A DNA stretch of 60,000 nt from Mobula hypostoma (lineage: Eukaryota): the NCBI RefSeq assembly GCF_963921235.1, contig NC_086097.1:65040001-65100000 (forward strand), in the 5' to 3' direction. The position numbers were made by a program, and so were the translations under genes. Under the pieces are notes generated by a model. The model was not told where the DNA came from and made no database searches. It saw nothing but the letters and a program-made list of their open reading frames with translations. This document shows positions 52,081-60,000 of this stretch, piece by piece (the stretch's first letter is position 1; the number at the start of each line of letters is the position of its first letter).

Positions 52081-52851
52081 TTCCAGAAGGATGTCCACAA
52101 TACTGAGATAGAAGTTTGCTTCTGGTAACGAAACAAATAGCAGGAGGGTACTAAATGGATGTTATTTCAAAGGTAGAGATAGTCTTGTGTTGAAAATCTG
52201 AAAGAAAATCAGAAAACACTGGAAATGCTCTTGAAGGGAGAAAGTTAATGATTCAAGTCATGTTTATCCTGGTGAGAACTCACTTCTATAGCATTTATAA
52301 GGAATTGACAAGGTTGAAATTCATTAATGATAATATCTAGTTAACTTTCCAGAGAAGAGCACCAAAAAATAAATTTCATATACATTTTGGATCATGTAAT
52401 TTACTAATTGAAGAAGGATGACAGCATAAAGGCTGCAAAAATTGTCTTCTCTCAATAATTCAGTTTGCTATCTGGCATAGTTGAAAGAATTAGCTCCAGG
52501 ATAGACCTGTATAATCCAGCACCTTTGAGTCTATGGTGGTGCTGAACTAGCAGATTTACCGTCTATTGGATGCTACTCCTATCAATACACAACACACTTT
52601 TATTTCATTTATTTTATTTGTTATGCAATAATGCAATACATTTTCTAGTGAACCTAGCGAGTTTGATGTGAGTGGAAAATATATAGATAGTCCTCAGCTC
52701 TGACCACACAACTTGATCACAGTTCTGGACCTTGGGACACATCCCCATTTAATGAGTGAGTTAGTTGCTAAACCATCAGAATTCCTAAACAATCAGATGC
52801 CAGATTATTCAAAGATGAAAGTTCAAAGGACATTTATTATCACTGCAGCTT

Positions 52852-53668
52852 AGGAGGAATGTTGGCACCTAACGGAGACTCCTTCACTTGCATCTTCGGA
52901 AACAGCTCTATTTCTACCGTTAGTATCTTTATTTTTCCTTTCAGAGTTCTTTTGAAGACCTTGATCTGGAGTTACACGCAGGCTTCGGTTCTTTGTGGGA
53001 ATGGGACCCGTTCTCGGGGTTCCATGACTGGCTGCTATTCCACATGCCAAGTGTTTGGCCTAAGAATCTTGATCATGTCGGAAGCCTAAGATCTCGGAGC
53101 TCTGGAGACGTGCGGATCGAGGGTCGGTGTCACTGCCGGAGACTCATGTGTCATTGGGGAGGCCAGAAAATCTTTTGCTGTGGGCCCGAAGAACCGAGGT
53201 CTTTGCGATCTTTGGATACAGAGCTCAAAAAAAGTGATGAAACGGACTTTTAAGAGCATAAACCAGCAGGTTGTTGTTGTGTCTCCCGCTCGCTATGAAA
53301 ATGGGGGACACCTCCCTCTCCCTTACCAGGGAGAGAGAGAACATGGGGGTTGTCGAATTTGGATGAAATGCGAAGCTTTTGGGATAACTTTGGTCTGCGT
53401 CTTTGCTATTGCTTAGCAGATGCTTGGGCTCGGTAATTGTACCGATGCGCATTTATATTTGCTGGTGGGGGGGACAGGGGATTGTTGCTCACTGCCGCTT
53501 ACGCGCGGGAGGAGAGAGCTGGGGGGGAATTTGGGGTTCTCACGCTTAACTGTTGTTCATTCTTTGGGGGCACTTCTGTGTTTTCGTAGATGCTTTGCGA
53601 AGAAAAAGCATTTCAGGAAGTACATTGTATACATTTCTCTGACATTAAACTTGACCTTTGAACCTTTG
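52852..53668 (+). mobile_element. Non-coding ~810 bp retroposon with Rex1-type tail, inserted in a minus-strand Rex1-like tail (52809-53726)
   Basis: Ends ATTAAACTTGACCTTTGAACCTTTG; both flanks resemble the Rex1 tail at 6906-6980. Confidence 0.5.
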
Positions 53669-53726
53669 TATGTATACTATGTACAACCTTGAGATTTGTT
53701 CCCTTACAGGCAGCCACAAAAAGAAA

Positions 53727-54357
53727 GAATGCATGGCTGAGGAGTTGGTGCAGGGAGCAGGGTTTTAGATTTTTAGATCATTGGGATCTCTTCTGGGGAA
53801 GGTGGGACCTGTACAGATTGGATGGGTTGCACCTGGACTTGAGGGGGAGCAATAACCTCGCAGGTAGGTTTGCAAGCATGGTTCGGGAGGGTTTAAACTA
53901 ATTTGCAAGGGGGATGGGACCCAGAGCGATAGAGCAGTGAAAGAAATGCATGGGGTAAAGCCAGATCTAACATATAGAGAGGCTTTGACGAAAGAGAAGC
54001 AGAATAAACAGTGTATAGGTAGTAAGGTAGAAGGGCTGAAATGTGTGTACCTCAATGCAAGAAGCATCAGGAACAAAGGTAATGAACTGAGAGCTTGGAT
54101 ACATACATGGAGTTATGATGTAGTGGCCATTACAGAGACTTGGCTGGCACCAGGGCAGGAATGGATTCTTAATATTCCTGGATTTTAGTGCTTTAAAAGG
54201 GATAGAGAGGGGAGAAAAAGGGGAGGAGCGGTGGCATTACTGTTCAGGGATACTATTACAGCTACAGAGAGGGTGGGTAATGTAGCAGGATCCTCTTTTG
54301 AGTCAGTATGGGTAGAAGTCAGGAACAGGAAGGGAGCAGTTACTCTGTTGGGGGTAT
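53727..54357 (+). mobile_element. Inverted duplicate of CR1 segment 56201-56831
   Basis: Colinear reverse-complement match over 631 bp; both copies encode NARSIRNKGNELRAWIHTW. Confidence 0.9.
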
Positions 54358-57300
54358 AGTGTGCTCCTCCACACTATCAAGTATCCTGCCATTTACTTTG
54401 TACTCTGCCTTGGAGTTTCTCCTTCCAAAGTGTACCACCTCACACTTCTCCGGGTTGAACTCCATCTGCCACTTCTCAGCCCACGTCTGCATCCTATCAA
54501 TGTCTCTCTGCAATCTTTAACAATCCTCTACACTATCTACAACAGCACCAACCTTTGTGTTGTCTGCAAACTTGCCAACCCACCCTTCTACCCCCACATC
54601 CAGGTCGTTAATAAAAATCATGAAAAGTAGAGGTCCCAGAACAGATCCTTGTGGGACACCACTAGTCACAATCCTCCAATCTGAATGTACTCCCTCCACC
54701 ACAACCCTCTGCCTTCTGCAGGCAAGCCAATTCTGAATCCACCTGGCCAAGCTTCCCTGGATCCCATGCCTTCTAACTTTCTGAATAAGCCTACCGTGTG
54801 GAACCTTGTCAAATGCCTTACTAAAATCCATATAGACCACATCCACTGCACTACCCTCATCTATATGCCTGGTCACCTCCTCAAGGAACTCTATCAGGCT
54901 TGTAAAACACGATCTGCCCTTCACAAAGCCACGCTGACTGTCCCTGATCGGACCATGATTCTCTAAATGCCCATAGATCCTATCTCTAATAATCTTTTCC
55001 AACAGTTTTCCCACCACAGACATAAGGCTCACTGGTCTATAATTACCCGGACTATCCCTACTACCTTTTTTGAACAAGGGGACAACATTCGCCTTCCTCC
55101 AATCCTCCAGTACCATTCCCGTGGACAACGAGGACATAAAGGTTCTAGCCAGAGGCTCAGCAATCTCTTCCCTCGCCTCGTGGAGCAGCCTGGGGAATAT
55201 TGCATCAGGCCCCGGGGACTTATCTGTCCTAATGTATTTTAACAACTCCAACACCTCCTCTCCCTTAATATCAACATGCTCCAGAACATCAAGCTCACAC
55301 ATATTATCCTCACCATCATCAAGTTCCCTCTCATTGGTGAATACCGAAGAGAAGTATTCATTGAGGACCTCGCTCACTTCCACAGCCTCCAGGCACATCT
55401 TCCCACCTTTATCTCTAATCGGTCTTACCTTCACTCCTGTCATCCTTTATTTCTTCACATAATTGAAGAATGCCTTGGGGTTTTCCTTTACCCTACTCGC
55501 CAAGGCCTTCTCATGCCCCCTTCTTGCTCTTCTCAGCCCTTTCTTAAGCTCCTTTCTTGCTTCCCTATATTCCTCAATAGACCCATCTGATCCTTGCTTC
55601 CTAAACTTTATGTATGCTGCCTTCTTCCAACTCACTAGATTTTCCACCTCACTTGGTTCCTTCACCCTACCATTCTTTATCTTCCTCACCTGGACAAATT
55701 TATCCCTAACATCCTGCAAGAGATCGCTAAACATCGACCACATGTCTATAGTACATTTCCCTGCAAAAACATCATCCCAATTCACACCCGCAAGTTCTAG
55801 CCTTATAGCCTCATAATTTGCCTTTCCCCAATTAAAAATTTTCCTGTCCTCTCTGATTCTATCCTTTTCCATGATAATGCTAAAGGCCAGGGAGCGATGG
55901 TCACTGTCCCCCAGATGCTCACCCACTGAGAGATCTGTGACCTGACCCAGTTTATTACCTAGTACTAGATCTAGTATGGCATTCCCCCGGTCAGCCTGTC
56001 CACATACTGTGACAGGAATCCGTCCTGGACACACTTAACAAACTCTGCCCCATCTAAACCCTTGGAACTAATCAGGTGCCAATCAATATTAGGGAAGTTA
56101 AAGTCACCCATGATAACAACCCTGTTATTTTTGCACCTTTCCAAAATCTGCCTCCCAATCTGCTCCTCTGTATCTCTGCTGCTACTAGGGGGCCTATAGA
56201 ATACCCCTAGTAGAGTAACTGCTCCCTTCCTGTTCCTGACTTCCACTCATATTGACTCAAAAGAGGATCCTGCTACATTACCCACCCTTTCTGTAGCTGT
56301 AATAGTATCCCTGACCAGTAATGCCATCCCTCCTCCCCTTTTTCCACCCTCTCTATCTCTTTTAAAGCACTGAAATCCAGGAATATTGAGAATCCATTCC
56401 TGCCCTGGTGCCAGCCAGGTCTCTGTAACGGCCACTACATCATAATTCCATGTATGTATCCAAGCTCTCAGTTCATTACCTTTGTTCCTGATGCTTCTTG
56501 CATTGATGTGCACACATTTCAGCCCTTCTACCTTACTGTCTTTACACCGTTTATTCTGCTTCTCTTTCCTCAAAGCCTCTCTATATGTTAGATCTGGCTT
56601 TACCCCATGCACTTCTTTCACTGCTCTATCGCTGTGGGTCCCATCCCCCTTGCAAATTAGTTTAAACCCTCCCAAACCATGCTAGCAAACCTACCTGCAA
56701 GGATATTGCTCCCCCTCAAGTCCAGGTGCAACCCATCCAATCTGTACAGGTCCCACCTTCCCCAGAAGAGATCCCAATGATCTAAAAATCTAAAACCCTG
56801 CTCCCTGCACCAACTCCTCAGCCACGCATTCAACTGCTATCTCCTCCAATTCGTACCGTCACTATCACGTAGCACTGGCAGCAATTCTGAGAACGCCACC
56901 CTTGAGGTCATGTTCTTCAGCCTTCTGCCTAGTTCCCGAAACTCACACTTCAGGACCTCATCCCTCTTCCTGCCTATGTCGTTGGTCCCAATATGTATCA
57001 CGACTTCTGGTTGCCTTCCCTCTCATACCAGGATGTCGTGCACCCGGTCAGAGACATCCCGAACCCTGGCACCCGGGAACAACAAACCATGCGGGTGTCC
57101 TTCTCACGTCCACAAAATCTCCTGTCTGCTCCCCTGACTATCGAGTCTCCAATGACGACAACTCTCCTCTTCTCCGTCCCACCCTTCTGCACCACAGGGT
57201 CAGACTCAGTGCCAGAGGCCCTGCCACCATAGCTCACACCTGGTCGGTCGTCCCCACCAACAGTATCCAGGACGGTGAACTTATTATTAAGGGGAATGGC

Positions 57301-57968
57301 TACAGGGGTGCGCTGCACTTCCTGTCTGCTCACCTTTGCTTTCCCCTCTCTGACTGTCACCCAACGACCTGCTTCCGACAGCCTAGGTGTGACTACCTCC
57401 CTGTAGCTCTCATCTATGACTGCCTCATTCTCCCTTATGAGTCGAAGGTCATCCAGCTGCTGCTCCAGATTCCTTACACGGTCTTCCAGATCAACCAGCC
57501 ATATGCACTTCTGGCAGATGTGACTCTGCGGGAGAGGCGCGTTCCCCCAAGACTGCCACATCTCACATGAGAGGCACATCACCGTCTCAGGAGACATTGT
57601 AAGAACTAACTGCGAGCTAGCTTGTCCTCTGCCTCTTCTCATCGAAGCCTTTCGAGTGAAAGCCTCAAAGCTCCACTCCTTCACTGTCCCACTCATGCAC
57701 TGGCCGCTTTGCTTGAGCTATCCCTCTATTTATCTGTTTGAGCTTTTCAAAATGTTTGGTCACCTGACCTCGACTGCCCAATCAGCTGCTTTCTGCTGAG
57801 TCTGAGCTATTCAAATCTTGATTGTCTCATCAATGGCTTTCTGCTGATCTATTCAAATCTTGATTGACTTGATTGCACAGACCAACTGCCAAAACTGCCA
57901 GAATCTCTCGAGTCAAAGCCTCAAAGCTCCACTCCTTCACTGGCGCACTCACGCACTGGCCGCTTTCC
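54358..57968 (-). mobile_element. Relatively young CR1 with 5' UTR, ORF1 (zinc finger, coiled coil, SGNH esterase) and ORF2; 3' end missing
   Basis: ORF1 CLSCEMW..HICQKC, VVVIGDSIVRG; ORF2 [47 protein letters not shown]; direct repeats in the 5' UTR (57652-57710 and 57908-57966). Confidence 0.92.
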
Positions 57969-57970
57969 AC

Positions 57971-59927
57971 ATAATTAGTTAAATGGAGATCACCTGTGTG
58001 CAGTCATGGTGTTTCAATTGATTGTAATAAAATACACCTGTATCTGGAAGGTCCAACTGTGGTGAGCCAGGGCAAAAACTACAGCATGAAGACAAAAGAA
58101 CACTCAAAGCAACTCCATGAAAAGGTTATTGAAAAGCTTGTCAGGAGATGGATACAGAAAAATTTCTAAGTCGATGAATATCCCTTGGAGTACAGTTGAG
58201 TTCAAGATGGGTGCTGTGATGTGTTAGTGTGGTAATGTAGTGGGTAGTGCTTGTCACTCCCACTTTCAGCTTCCACTACTGGCTAGAAGTCTCACGAAAA
58301 GGAGAGCTGAATGTGTAAGTCTTTCCTTGCCAGTACGTAGCCTCTCCAACAGCAAGACTCATGTAGTACCTCCTCACTGGTGACACATGGAAACTGAACT
58401 CCTTTTGGACTCAGGTTGACCTACAGAGGACGGGGAGAGTTCTGGCCCCTGCACATGTAGCACACAGGCCCACCAGTGTGTGGACACACCCTGGTGTTCG
58501 TGAACCAGATACCCAGCTATGGATAAATAGCAACACATCCTCGTGGGCAGCCTCAGGAAGGCAAAAGGAGTAAGCCCAGACAGTAAATCTGGAGTGGAGC
58601 CCCCAAGGTGGCTGGACGTCATTGAACATCCTTTCAGCAGCTCCTGCAACCAATCTGGTGCCAAACATACTGCTACATAGCTTTCCTTTGGACTACACTG
58701 GTGAAGCCGAGAGGGGGATCTTGACGACTGGACATCTCAGGATCTCCATACCTTCTACTCAGGCTCATCATCACCCATTGTCCTTTGAGACAGAGGGATG
58801 CCAACCAACTATAGATAAGTCAATCATCAAGAAATGGAAAGAATATGGCACAGCTGTAAATCTGCCTAGAGCTGTCCTCAAAAACGGAGTGACTGTGCAA
58901 GAAGGGGACTAGTGAGAGAGGCCACCAAGAGACCTATGACAAGTTTGGAGGAAATACAAGCTTCAGTGACTGAGATGGGAGGGACTGCACCTACAATGAC
59001 TGTTGCCCGGGTGCTTCACCAGTTGCAGCTTTTTGGGAGAGTGGCAACGAGAAAGCCACTGTTGAAACAAACTCGCATGAATTCTCAGATAGAGTTTGCC
59101 AGAAGGCATGTGGGAGACTCTGAAGTCAGCTGGAAGAAGGTTCTATGGTCTGATGAATCCAAAATTGAGCTTTCTGGTGATCAGACTAACCGCTATGTTT
59201 GGCATAAGCCAAACACCACACGTCATCAAAAACACACCATTCCTACCATGAAGCATGTTGGTGGTTGCATCATGCTGTGGGGATGTTTCATTGCAGCAGG
59301 TCCTGGAAGGCTTGTGAAGGTAGAGGGTAAAATATATGCAGCAAAATACAGGGAAATCCTGAAGGAAAATCTGATGCAGTCTGCATTAAAACTGTGACTT
59401 GGGAGAAGATTTGTTTTCTAGCAAGACAATGATCCCAAGCATAAAGCCAAAGCTACATAGGAATGGCTTAAAAACAATAAAGTTAATGTCCTGGAATGGC
59501 CAAGTCAGAGTCCAGACCTCAATCCAATTGAGAATTTGTGGCTGGATTTGAAAGGGGCTATTCACTCATGAACCCCTATGCAATCTGACAGAGCTTGAGC
59601 AGTTTTGTAAAAAAATGGGGAAAAATTGCATTCTCCAGATGTGCAAAGCTGATAGTGACCTATCCACACAGACTCAAGGCTGTAATTCCTGCCAAAGGTG
59701 TATCTACTGAGCATTGCCTTGAAGGGGGTGAGTAATTATGCAATCAATTATTTTGTGTTTATTAATTGTAATAAAATTAGACCAATTTGTGGAAATTCAT
59801 TTTCACTTTGACACAAAAGAGTCTTTCCTGTTGATCAGTGTCAAAAAAACCCAAATTAAATTCAAGGTTGTCAAACAACAAAATATGAAGACTTCCAAGG
59901 GGTGGTGAATACTTTTTGTAGGGACTG
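57971..59927 (+). mobile_element. Tc1 transposon with disrupted transposase; left TIR missing
   Basis: ATG 58086 [41 protein letters not shown]; right end ...GTGAATACTTTTTGTAGGGACTG|TA. Confidence 0.9.
58198..58815 (+). mobile_element. RTE-like retroposon inserted in the Tc1 transposase
   Basis: Interrupts transposase PWSTV|KSIIKKWKE; ends TTGTCCTTTGAGACAGAGGGATGCCAACCAAC, an RTE-like 3' end. Confidence 0.55.
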
Positions 59928-60000
59928 TAATTATTAGTCTATATTAACTGAAGCAGGTGCATAGTTGATTATTTATCTTCACTACTTAAATATAATACTT

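Noticed and set aside
53727..54357. Twin-priming inversion
   Set aside because: Twin priming inverts the 5' part and keeps the 3' tail; here 631 bp is duplicated and the tail is lost.
54517..57696. Intact or domesticated CR1 protein genes
   Set aside because: ORF1 and ORF2 are split by frameshifts and stops, the catalytic FADD reads FADN, and the 3' end is absent.
6000..60000. PAX9 or other host exons expected from synteny
   Set aside because: No paired-domain or other host-protein ORF was seen; the short ORFs are TE-derived or unrecognisable.

Overview
Vertebrate genomic DNA. The repeat repertoire (CR1 LINEs with ATAAGACC-type tails, Rex1/Babar, V-SINE/HE1-like and Penelope-derived short elements) suggests a cartilaginous fish, probably a ray; this is inference. 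There is one host gene: an intact two-exon NK2-class homeobox gene on the minus strand (exon 1 3186-2985, intron 2984-2892, exon 2 2891-2350; 247 aa), best matching NKX2-8 (Nkx2.9). It sits in a CpG-retaining, nearly TE-free ~6 kb domain with candidate Gli/Sox/Oct/Fox regulatory modules upstream. The other ~54 kb is 5' intergenic flank (by known synteny, towards PAX9, which I did not find in the window). It is dominated by decayed CR1, Rex1, L1, Gypsy, Tc1, Harbinger and SINE insertions, many of them nested. Highlights: a dispersed family of ~100-200 bp retroposed elements with variable target-site duplications (TSDs) carrying a minimal type I hammerhead ribozyme motif; a fold-back inverted duplication inside a CR1 at 53.7-56.8 kb; and a near-perfect 89-bp tandem duplication in unique DNA. 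Repeat boundaries are read by eye and approximate unless a TSD is given.
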